Position numbers and translations under genes: made by a program. From NCBI GenBank assembly GCA_041690395.1, contig JAWLHJ010000001.1:640001-704000 (forward strand): a stretch of DNA of 64,000 bases, given 5' to 3'. Every line of letters begins with the position of its first letter. Positions within the stretch are counted from its first letter, which is position 1. Under the pieces are notes generated by a model, which was given only the letters and a program-made list of their open reading frames with translations, searched no databases and was not told where the DNA came from. Source of the DNA: Longimicrobiales bacterium. Its GTDB lineage: Bacteria > Gemmatimonadota > Gemmatimonadetes > Longimicrobiales > Gaopeijiaceae. Shown here piece by piece: positions 1-8,133 of the stretch.

Positions 1-666
1 GTTGAACGCGACGCAGGGCGACACCACGTCGACGAAGGCGAAGCCCTTGTGGCGGATTCCGGCGTCGAGAATGGGCACGAGCTGGGCCTTGTCGCCCGAG
101 AAGCTCCGCGCGACGAAGGTGGCGCCGAGCCCGAGCGCCAGCAGCACGGGGTCGATGGGCGGCTGCCGGTTCACCTGCCCACGCTTCGCCTTCGTCCCGA
201 TATCCGCGGACGCGGAGAACTGTCCCTTGGTGAGCCCGTACACGCCGTTGTTTTCCAGGACGTAGAGCATGTCCACGTTCCGCCGGATGACGTGGCAGAG
301 CTGCCCGAGCCCGATCGCGAGCGAGTCCCCGTCTCCGGAAACCCCGATGTAGGTGAGGTCGGAGTGCGCGGCCTGGGCGCCGGTCGCGATGGACGGCATG
401 CGCCCGTGCACCGAGTTGAAGCCGTGGGCCTGCCCCATGAAGTACGTGGGCGTCTTCGACGAGCACCCGATGCCGCTCAGCTTCGCGACCCGGTACGGCT
501 CGAGGCCCATCCCCCACGCGGCCTGGATGATGGCGGCCGTGATGGAGTCGTGCCCGCATCCGGCGCAGAGCGTCGACATCGAGCCCTCGTAATCCCTGCG
601 CGTCAGCCCGATGGCGTTCGTGGCCAGGCTCGGGTGCCGTACCCTGGGCTTGGTGATGTGCGTCAT
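1..666 (-). CDS. 2-oxoacid:ferredoxin oxidoreductase beta subunit (3' end runs off window)
   Basis: Not in ORF track; manual translation from ATG 666: MTHITKPRVRHPSL...STLCAGCGHDS...SGIGCSSK...HGRMPSIATG...SGDGD...NNGVYGLTKGQ (TPP-binding GDGD..NN motif). ATGA overlap with the alpha subunit stop. Confidence 0.93.
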   Translation of the reverse strand, partial: MTHITKPRVRHPSLATNAIGLTRRDYEGSMSTLCAGCGHDSITAAIIQAAWGMGLEPYRVAKLSGIGCSSKTPTYFMGQAHGFNSVHGRMPSIATGAQAAHSDLTYIGVSGDGDSLAIGLGQLCHVIRRNVDMLYVLENNGVYGLTKGQFSASADIGTKAKRGQVNRQPPIDPVLLALGLGATFVARSFSGDKAQLVPILDAGIRHKGFAFVDVVSPCVAFN

Positions 667-2531
667 GCGCGCCTCCTCCGGCGGTGTGGCGCCGCCTCTT
701 CGGTGGACGTCGCGGCTTCGACCGCTCGCTCGACGGCCTCGATCACCTCCTTCGCGCTGAGGGGCATTCCGCCGTAGGAAAGCACCGGCGTCATTCTCGC
801 CAGCGGGAACTCCGTCTCCAGGGCGAGGAGGGAGCGGAGCTGCGCGTCGCGGTTCTGCTCCACGACGAACAGCCGGTCGTGCGCCAGGAGAAACTCGAGC
901 ACGTCGGGGCCGAACGGGAAAGCCCGGATCCGCATGACGTCGGCAGCCAGGCCGCGCTCGCCGAGCCGCGCCTGCGTCTCGAGCACGGCCGCCCTGCAGC
1001 CACCGATGGTGACGAGCCCGATCTCGGCGGGATCCGATCCCGGGCCGCCCGCCATGCGCACCTCGGGCTTCGGGAGCCGCTCCACGGAGCCGCCGACTTT
1101 ACGGTCGAGCCGGTCGACCACGTCCTGGTAGGCATCGGCGTCCTCGGTATAGCGTCCGTAGCGGTCGTGTCCCGAGCCGCGCGTGAAGAACGCCCCCTTC
1201 GGATGTGTCCCGGGCACCGTGCGCGCTGCTACCCCGTCGCCGTCCGCGTCCAGATACCGGTAGAACTTGTCCATCCGCTCCAGCTCGTCGGCCGAGAGGA
1301 CCTTGCCGCGGTCCGGTCGGTAGGCGTCGTCCCACCGGATCGCCGGAACGACCCAGTCGTTCATGCCGATGTCCAGGTCCGAAACGACGAACACCGGGGT
1401 CTGGTACCGCTCGGCCAGGTCGAACGCCGCGACGGCCATGTCGAAGCACTCGCCCGGGTGCGCGGGGAAGAGCGCGATGTGCCGGGTGTCGCCGTGTGAG
1501 GCGTAGGCCACCATCATCACGTCGCCCTGCTGCGTCCGCGTCGGCATCCCCGTCGACGGCCCCGTCCGCTGGATGTCGAAGATGACCGCCGGGATCTCGG
1601 CGTAGTACGCGAGGCCGATGAACTCGCTCATGAGCGAGATGCCGGGTCCGCTCGTCGCCGTGAAGGAGCGTGCGCCCACCCACGAGCCACCGATCACCAT
1701 CCCGATCGCGGCGAGCTCGTCCTCGGCCTGGATGATGGCCACGCGGCTCTTCCCGCTCTCCGGGTCCTTCCGGAGCTCGCGGCAGAAGCCGCTGAACGCG
1801 TCGACGAGCGAGGTGGACGGCGTGATGGGATACCAGGCCGCCACCGTCGCGCCGGCATACACGCAGCCCAGTGCCGCCGCGGTGTTGCCGTCGATCAGGA
1901 TGTGGTCCCCGGTCTCGTCCATCGGCTCGAGCCGGAACGGGAGCGGGCAGTCGAAATGCTCCTTCGCGTAGTCGTACCCGATGCGTACCGCCTCGAAGTT
2001 CGAGTCCAGAAGCGCCTTTTTGCGCCCGTAGGTCTCCTGCAGAAGCGTGTCGATCACCTCGAGATCCATGCCGAGGAGAGCGGCCAACACGCCCGAGTAG
2101 GCGATGTTCTTGAGGAGGATGCGGGCCCGGGCGCCGTCGAAGCGCTCGTTGCAGAGTCGGGCGAGGGGGACTTCCAGGAAGGTCACGTCGTCGCGCTGGA
2201 GCTCGTCGGGCAGCGGCCAGGTGGAGTCGTGCAGCACCCATCCACCGGGACGCACCTCGCGGACGTCCTGGGCGTACGTGGCGGGGTTCATCGCGACCAT
2301 CATGTCGAACTCCGCCCGGCGCGCGGTGTGTCCCTCGCCGCTCACCCGGATCTCGTACCAGGTCGGGAGCCCCTGGATGTTCGACGGGAAGAGGTTCTTG
2401 CCCGAAACAGGAATCCCCATGCGGAAGATCGTCTTCATGAGCAGGCCGTTCGCGCTGGCCGAGCCCGTCCCGTTCACCGTGGCGATCTTGAACGCGAAGT
2501 CGTTCACGCCCGCGTCTCTCGCCGAGCTCAC
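663..2531 (-). CDS. 2-oxoacid:acceptor oxidoreductase alpha subunit (gamma-alpha fusion)
   Basis: NGTGSASANG N-terminal motif, YPITPS, QAEDELAA, TATSGPGISLM, QRTGPSTGMPT, VEQN; adjacent to the beta subunit. Confidence 0.95.
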   Translation of the reverse strand: MSSARDAGVNDFAFKIATVNGTGSASANGLLMKTIFRMGIPVSGKNLFPSNIQGLPTWYEIRVSGEGHTARRAEFDMMVAMNPATYAQDVREVRPGGWVLHDSTWPLPDELQRDDVTFLEVPLARLCNERFDGARARILLKNIAYSGVLAALLGMDLEVIDTLLQETYGRKKALLDSNFEAVRIGYDYAKEHFDCPLPFRLEPMDETGDHILIDGNTAAALGCVYAGATVAAWYPITPSTSLVDAFSGFCRELRKDPESGKSRVAIIQAEDELAAIGMVIGGSWVGARSFTATSGPGISLMSEFIGLAYYAEIPAVIFDIQRTGPSTGMPTRTQQGDVMMVAYASHGDTRHIALFPAHPGECFDMAVAAFDLAERYQTPVFVVSDLDIGMNDWVVPAIRWDDAYRPDRGKVLSADELERMDKFYRYLDADGDGVAARTVPGTHPKGAFFTRGSGHDRYGRYTEDADAYQDVVDRLDRKVGGSVERLPKPEVRMAGGPGSDPAEIGLVTIGGCRAAVLETQARLGERGLAADVMRIRAFPFGPDVLEFLLAHDRLFVVEQNRDAQLRSLLALETEFPLARMTPVLSYGGMPLSAKEVIEAVERAVEAATSTEEAAPHRRRRRA

Positions 2532-4348
2532 CGACCCACCTCCGCCACCCGCCGGTCCGCGTGCCGCTCACCCGCCGCGAGCCCCGCGTACGGCTTCAGG
2601 AGCTCCGACTTGCGCATGTCCCACGCCGCGGTCGGGCAGCGCTCGGCGCACAATCCGCAGTGGATGCACAGGTTCTCGTCCTTGAACATGAGTCTGCCGG
2701 TATGCGGAAGCGGCCCGGAGGCGAAGAGCGGCTGGTCGAGGTTCTCGGCCGGCGCCGTGAGCCGCGTGCGCACGTCGTCCTCGTCGCCGTCCCAGGTGAT
2801 GGTGAGGCAGTCGAGTGGGCACACGTCGATGCACGCGTCGCACTCGATGCACAGCTTGTCCGTGAAGTGCGTCTGGACGTCGCAGTTCAGGCAGCGCTCG
2901 GCCTCCTGGCAGGCCCGCTCCAGGTCGTAGCCGAGCTCTGCCTCGACCTCCATCGAAGCGAGCCGCTCCTGCAGGTCGGCATACCGCATCTCCTGGCGGT
3001 GCGCCTCGTCGTAGTCGTTGGAGTAGCTCCACTCGTGGAGCCCCATCTTCACGCTGACGAGGTTCTGGCCGTAGGGCGGTCGCTCCTCGACCGGCTCCCC
3101 CTGGCAGTACCGATGGAGGCTGATGGCGGCCTGATGCCCGTGCTCCACCGCCCAGATGATGTTCTCCGGGCCCCACGCGGCGTCGCCCCCGCAGAACACG
3201 CCGGGCCGGGTGGTCTGGAAGGTCTCCTTGTCGACCACCGGCATGTCCCAGTCGTTGAACTCGATGCCGATGTCGCGCTCGATCCAGGGGAAGGCCGCGT
3301 CCTGGCCGATGGCCAGGATCACCTCGTCGCAGGGGATGACCGTAGTGTCGAGCACCTCCTTCTTCAGCCGGCCGCCCCCCTCGGGCTCGTGCCAGCGCAC
3401 GATCTCGAACTCCATGCCGACCAGGCGCCCGTTCTCGGTCACGAACCGGCTCGGCGCGTGGTTCTCGAGGATCTCGATCTCCTCCCCCTCGGCGTCCTCG
3501 AGTTCCCACGGACTCGCCTTGAAGAGCGGGCGTGGCTTACGCGCCATGACCTTCACGCTTCTGCCGCCGATGCGCTTGGCGCTCCGGCAGCAGTCCATGG
3601 CCGTGTTGCCCGCGCCGATGACGAGGACCCGCTCGCCGATCGAGTCGATGTGCTCGAACGCGATCGACTGGAGCCAGTCGATGCCGATGTGGACCTTGTC
3701 CGGATCGTCCCACCGGCCCGGCAGGTCGAGCTCCTTGCCGCGCGGCGCTCCGGTGCCGATGAAGACCGCGTCCCACCCCTCTTCCAGGACGGCGGCCATG
3801 CTCTCGACCGGATGCCCCGTGCGCAGGTCGACGCCCATGTCGAGGATCATGTCGATCTCCTCGTTCAGGACGCGTGGCGGAAGTCGGAACTGCGGGATGT
3901 TGTTCCACATCAGCCCACCCGCGCGCTCGAGCTTCTCGTAGATCGTGACCTCGTAGCCCAGCGGCATCAGGTCGTTGGCCACGGTGAGCGAGGCCGGTCC
4001 CGCGCCGATCAGCAGGACCTTCTTCCCGTTCTTCTTCTCGGGGATGCGGGGCAGCAGCTCCGAGACGTCGCCTCTGAGGTCGGCCGCCACGCGCTTCAGG
4101 CGGCAGATCGCGACGGGCTCTTCGTCGAGTCGGGTCCGGCGGCACGCCGGCTCGCAGGGCCGGTCGCATGTCCGCCCGAGGATCCCCGGAAAGACGTTCG
4201 ACCACCGGTTGAGCATGTACGCCTCGGTGTACCTGCCGAGCGCGATCAGCCGGATGTACTCGGGGACGTTGGTATGCGCCGGGCATGCCCATTGGCAGTC
4301 GACGACGCGGTGGTAATGATGCGGGTCGGAGACGTCTGTGGGGCGCAT
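2528..4348 (-). CDS. GltD-like FAD/NAD(P)-dependent oxidoreductase with C-terminal 2[4Fe-4S] ferredoxin domain
   Basis: CQWACPAH...GRTCDRPCEPAC Fe-S region, GAGPAS and GAGNTAMD dinucleotide folds, GVFCGGD, C-terminal CIECDACIDVCP and CIHCGLCAERCP; 4-nt overlap with the alpha gene. Confidence 0.92.
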   Translation of the reverse strand: MRPTDVSDPHHYHRVVDCQWACPAHTNVPEYIRLIALGRYTEAYMLNRWSNVFPGILGRTCDRPCEPACRRTRLDEEPVAICRLKRVAADLRGDVSELLPRIPEKKNGKKVLLIGAGPASLTVANDLMPLGYEVTIYEKLERAGGLMWNNIPQFRLPPRVLNEEIDMILDMGVDLRTGHPVESMAAVLEEGWDAVFIGTGAPRGKELDLPGRWDDPDKVHIGIDWLQSIAFEHIDSIGERVLVIGAGNTAMDCCRSAKRIGGRSVKVMARKPRPLFKASPWELEDAEGEEIEILENHAPSRFVTENGRLVGMEFEIVRWHEPEGGGRLKKEVLDTTVIPCDEVILAIGQDAAFPWIERDIGIEFNDWDMPVVDKETFQTTRPGVFCGGDAAWGPENIIWAVEHGHQAAISLHRYCQGEPVEERPPYGQNLVSVKMGLHEWSYSNDYDEAHRQEMRYADLQERLASMEVEAELGYDLERACQEAERCLNCDVQTHFTDKLCIECDACIDVCPLDCLTITWDGDEDDVRTRLTAPAENLDQPLFASGPLPHTGRLMFKDENLCIHCGLCAERCPTAAWDMRKSELLKPYAGLAAGERHADRRVAEVGR

Positions 4349-4400
4349 GGCGAAGCTCGAGGGTGCGGTGCGTGGGGTCGTTCGTCCGGCGGAGTGAAGC

Positions 4401-4736
4401 TCAGGAGGCCGTCGGGGTGTCGGGGTCCTGTTTGCGGGCGGCGCCTTCTTTCACAGCGCGCGCGAGGATGGCGCGGCCGTCGGCCACGGCTCTCTTCTTA
4501 CGCTCGCGCTCGGCCTGGACGGCCTCGGCCAGCAGCTCTTCGGGGGGGAGGGTGGGCAGGGTGAAGAGCGGGCAGAGCCAGCCGGTACAACGGACGCCGT
4601 AGTCGAGACAGGACACGAGCTCGGGAAGACCGTCCGGGGAGGACGCCTCGGCATGCTCGCGGCGGAGCACGGGCACGTTCCGGTCCCGCGCCGAGCAGAA
4701 CGCTCGGGCCAGGCGGATGGTCCCGTCCTTCGTCAT
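4401..4736 (-). CDS. Small hypothetical protein with 4 Cys (possible metal binding)
   Basis: Probable start ATG 4736 (MTKDGTIRLARAFCSA...SCLDYGVRCTGWLCPLF...), 111 aa; same strand as and just upstream of the oxidoreductase operon. Confidence 0.55.
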   Translation of the reverse strand: MTKDGTIRLARAFCSARDRNVPVLRREHAEASSPDGLPELVSCLDYGVRCTGWLCPLFTLPTLPPEELLAEAVQAERERKKRAVADGRAILARAVKEGAARKQDPDTPTAS

Positions 4737-5076
4737 CGCACGCCTCCGGCACGGAGAAGCCCCGTCCCTTCCGGCGATCGGAAGGGCTGATCGAGGCAAG
4801 CCTTCATGGGCTCCGGGGAGCCCCAACAGTGCGACGTGCGTTCTCGCGGGCCGGGATGTGGGCCGGTGTACGACCCTCAGGCAGCCGCCTCCGCGGGACG
4901 GGTCGGCTCGTGTCGAGCGGCGACCCTCGTACCTCATAGTACGGCGCGGGGCCGGGCGCCGAAAGGGATTCGGCGCCGAGGCCCGACGGGCGCGGGCTCG
5001 CGAGGGCGAGCGGCGGCTCCGGCGCCATCACCGAAGCCGCCGCCGCCGGCGCCTCACGCCGTGGGGTCGTGGGGGC

Positions 5077-7002
5077 TCAGGAGCCCGCCAACAGTTCCAG
5101 CGAGCGAGCATGCGCCACGAGCTGCAGGAACTCGGCGCGGTACCCGTTCGGGTCCTCACCCCTGGCTCCCTCGGCCAGGCGCAGCACGTCGCCGAGCCCG
5201 AAGCCGGCACAGTGCTCGGAGTCGCGGAGCAGCATCCCCCACGCGGCCACCGCGGCGGCGAAGCGGAAGTCCTCGGACGGCCTCTCCACGACGCGCCGCA
5301 CCGGATGGGTGAGCAGGCGGCTCTCCGAGCCACCCGGCTCCTGGTAGCGGAGCTTCACGAACAGCAGCTCGTCGGTGTCGGCGCGCGGACCGGTGTCCGG
5401 CACCTGCTGGTACCTCAGTTGGCCCTGGTCACGCACCTCGACCGGGCTCTCGACACCGACGGGAACGATCTCGTAGAGCGCCGTGACCGAGTGGCCGGCA
5501 CCGATCTCTCCCGCGTCCTTCGTATCGTCGTCGAAGTCCTCGTTCGCGAGGAGGCGGTTCTCGTATCCGATCAGGCGGTACGCTGCGACCCGGCCCGGAT
5601 TGAACTCCACCTGGATCTTCACGTCCTGCGCCACCGTCACCAGCGTCCCGCCCATCTCGCCCACGAGCACCTTGCGGGCTTCCAGGGCGCCGTCGATGTA
5701 GGCGTAGCTTCCGTTCCCGTGGTCGGCGATCTGCTCCATCTTCGAGTCCTTCAAGTTCCCGGTGCCGAATCCGAGCACCGTGAGGAAGGTCCCGCCCCGG
5801 CGCTTCTCCTCGATCAGGCGGATCATCTCCGCGTCGCTGGACGCCCCTATGTTGAAGTCGCCGTCCGTCGCGAGGATGACCCGGTTGTTGCCCTCCTCGA
5901 GGAAGTGCTCGCTCGCGACCGCATAGGCGAGATCGATGCCGGCGCCGCCGGCGGTCGAGCCGCCCGCCTCGAGCGACTCGAGAGCGTCGAGGATGACGCC
6001 CTTCTCGCTGCCGGGGGTCGACGGGAGCACCAAGCCGGCGGCGCCCGCGTAGACGACGATCGCCACCCGGTCCTGCGGCCGTAGCTCTTCGACCAGCATC
6101 CGGACCGCGGTTTTCAGCAGCGGCAGCTTGTCGGGGGAGTTCATGGAGCCGGACACGTCGAGCAGGAAGACGAGGTTGTTCTTCGGCGCGCTCTCCAGGT
6201 CGATGTCCCGCGCCTTCAGGCCGATGCGCACCAGGTGGTGGAGGGGCTGCCAGGGCGCCGGCGCGACCTCCGTGGTGATCCGGAGGGGATGCGCGTCGAT
6301 CGGACCCGGATCCCCGTATGGGAAGTAGTTGACCAGCTCCTCGATGCGCACCGCGTCGATGGGAGGCCGCACTCCGTCGCGCACGAAGCGGCGCACGTTC
6401 GAGTACGAGGCCCGGTCGACGTCGATCGAGAACGTGGACAGTGGCGCCGAGCGCGCCATCCGGAACTCGTTCTCCTCGATGAGCGCGTACGACTCGGTGT
6501 GGAAGTCGGGGTTGTAGCGTCCGGGAAGGGCTTGGGCCTGCCCGAACGTGGTGGGCGCGAAGGCGATGTCGCCCCGTGCCTCGCGGGTCTGTGGCCGACC
6601 CATGGAGGCCGCCTGGCCGGCCACGGCCAGCTCTTCGAGCCGCAGCGCGGCGGCCGTCAGCGCGAAATCGACGGTGTGGACGGCATCCGTGAGGGCCAAC
6701 GTGCGGCTCATCGGCTCGAAGCCGATCCGGCGCACAGTGACCGTCACCTCCGTCCCGAGCCGAAGCCCGTCGATGGCGATCCGGTAGCGGCCGTCGGCGC
6801 CGGTGAATGCGCCCGCCCACCCGTCGACCGACACCTGGGCCTGGGCGATCGGGGCCCCGGTTCCGGCGTCGGTGACGCGCCCGGTCAGGACGGCGCCACC
6901 CGCCCTGGAGCCGGGGTCCGTGGTCGGGGCCGGCTCGGTCGGGCCAGCGAGGGCCAGCGCGGCCGTGAGCATCGGGATCAGCGTCCATCGTGAAACGCTC
7001 AT
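5077..7002 (-). CDS. Secreted von Willebrand factor A (YfbK-like) protein with N-terminal carboxypeptidase-regulatory-like domain
   Basis: Signal peptide MSVSRWTLIPMLTAALALAG; LTGRVTDAGTGAPI beta domain; PLSTFSIDVDRASYSNVRR, MIDAS LLDVSGSM, RVILATDGDFNIG, YRLIGYENR. Start trimmed to ATG 7002, which has a GGAGG RBS upstream. Confidence 0.9.
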   Translation of the reverse strand: MSVSRWTLIPMLTAALALAGPTEPAPTTDPGSRAGGAVLTGRVTDAGTGAPIAQAQVSVDGWAGAFTGADGRYRIAIDGLRLGTEVTVTVRRIGFEPMSRTLALTDAVHTVDFALTAAALRLEELAVAGQAASMGRPQTREARGDIAFAPTTFGQAQALPGRYNPDFHTESYALIEENEFRMARSAPLSTFSIDVDRASYSNVRRFVRDGVRPPIDAVRIEELVNYFPYGDPGPIDAHPLRITTEVAPAPWQPLHHLVRIGLKARDIDLESAPKNNLVFLLDVSGSMNSPDKLPLLKTAVRMLVEELRPQDRVAIVVYAGAAGLVLPSTPGSEKGVILDALESLEAGGSTAGGAGIDLAYAVASEHFLEEGNNRVILATDGDFNIGASSDAEMIRLIEEKRRGGTFLTVLGFGTGNLKDSKMEQIADHGNGSYAYIDGALEARKVLVGEMGGTLVTVAQDVKIQVEFNPGRVAAYRLIGYENRLLANEDFDDDTKDAGEIGAGHSVTALYEIVPVGVESPVEVRDQGQLRYQQVPDTGPRADTDELLFVKLRYQEPGGSESRLLTHPVRRVVERPSEDFRFAAAVAAWGMLLRDSEHCAGFGLGDVLRLAEGARGEDPNGYRAEFLQLVAHARSLELLAGS

Positions 7003-7230
7003 GTCCCACCTCCTGTCGTCTCGGGGATCGCGTGCTTGCCCTGGATGACGACCGGGAGGAGGGCGTCTTGCACGCCGCGTTGCGGTTGTGAACGGCCCCC
7101 GCGGCCATAGGACGGGCGCTATCGGCTCCGAGTGGCGCGCGTTACGGATCGGTGGGCACAGAACGAAGGCATTGCAAGCTGCGGGTGTTCGTTCAACCTT
7201 TGAGCGAGTGACGCGACGAACAACCGACCC

Positions 7231-8133
7231 ATGGTTCTCGGCAGCCACGATGGTTCGTTGGTCTCGTCTGAGATGTGTCATCGTCAGGACTTGCCCATGT
7301 GGCACCGAGGCGCCCTACCGTTCTGCCTACCCGTGCTGGTCACGGTTGCGTCGTGCAGTGCGCCCTCGGAGACCAGTCTGGATCGGATCCGGACGGACGG
7401 ATTCGTGAGGGTGGCGTACACGCACGAGCCTCCGTATGCCTTTGTCGATGACCAGGGCGCGGTCGTCGGTGAGTCGCCCGTCGCCCTCCGGGGAGCGCTC
7501 CCACCGCTCTCCATAGACAGCGTCCGCTGGGTCCGGATGGACTTCGACGAACTGCTCGCGGGCCTCGCTGATGGTCGTGTGGACGTGATCGCTTCGGGGC
7601 TCTTCGTGACCCCCGAGCGCTCCTCTCGCGTCGCGTTCACCCACGCTACGAGCTGTTCACGACCGGCGCTCGTGGTCCGGGACGACGGACCAGCGCCCAG
7701 AGACCTTTCCGCCTTTACCGGTGCCGCGGCCGGGCGCGTGGCGGTCGTCCGTGGGACCGTCGAGGAGGATGCGGTCGAGATTCTCGGCGTTCCCGAGGAT
7801 CGCGTCGTCCGAGTCCCCGACGTCCAGACCGGTATCGTTGTCGTGCGTGAGGGGCGCGTCGAAGCGTTGGCGCTCACGGAACCGACGCTGCGGCACGCTC
7901 TAGGGTCGGCCTCGGACCTGCGGGTGCATGCCTACACCCCTTCTTCTCGGATCGCGGGGCTGGTTCAGGGGTGTAGCGCGCTCGTCGTGCGGCAGGCCGA
8001 TGGGGACCTGATCGCGGCGCTCAACGAGGGACTCCGGGCATTCGTGGGCTCGCCGGAGCACCTGGAGGAGCTCGAAGGCTTCGGTTTCACAGCGGACGCC
8101 TTGCCAGACCGCGTACACCGGGTAGCGCCGTGA
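7231..8133 (+). CDS. Polar amino acid/ectoine-type (EhuB-like) substrate-binding lipoprotein
   Basis: Lipobox-like VASC, SLDRIR...VRVAYTHEPPYAF...GESP, FDELLAGL.DGRVDVIASGLFVTPER (SBP_bac_3 pattern). Exact start uncertain (7231/7273/7297). Confidence 0.8.
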   Translation: MVLGSHDGSLVSSEMCHRQDLPMWHRGALPFCLPVLVTVASCSAPSETSLDRIRTDGFVRVAYTHEPPYAFVDDQGAVVGESPVALRGALPPLSIDSVRWVRMDFDELLAGLADGRVDVIASGLFVTPERSSRVAFTHATSCSRPALVVRDDGPAPRDLSAFTGAAAGRVAVVRGTVEEDAVEILGVPEDRVVRVPDVQTGIVVVREGRVEALALTEPTLRHALGSASDLRVHAYTPSSRIAGLVQGCSALVVRQADGDLIAALNEGLRAFVGSPEHLEELEGFGFTADALPDRVHRVAP

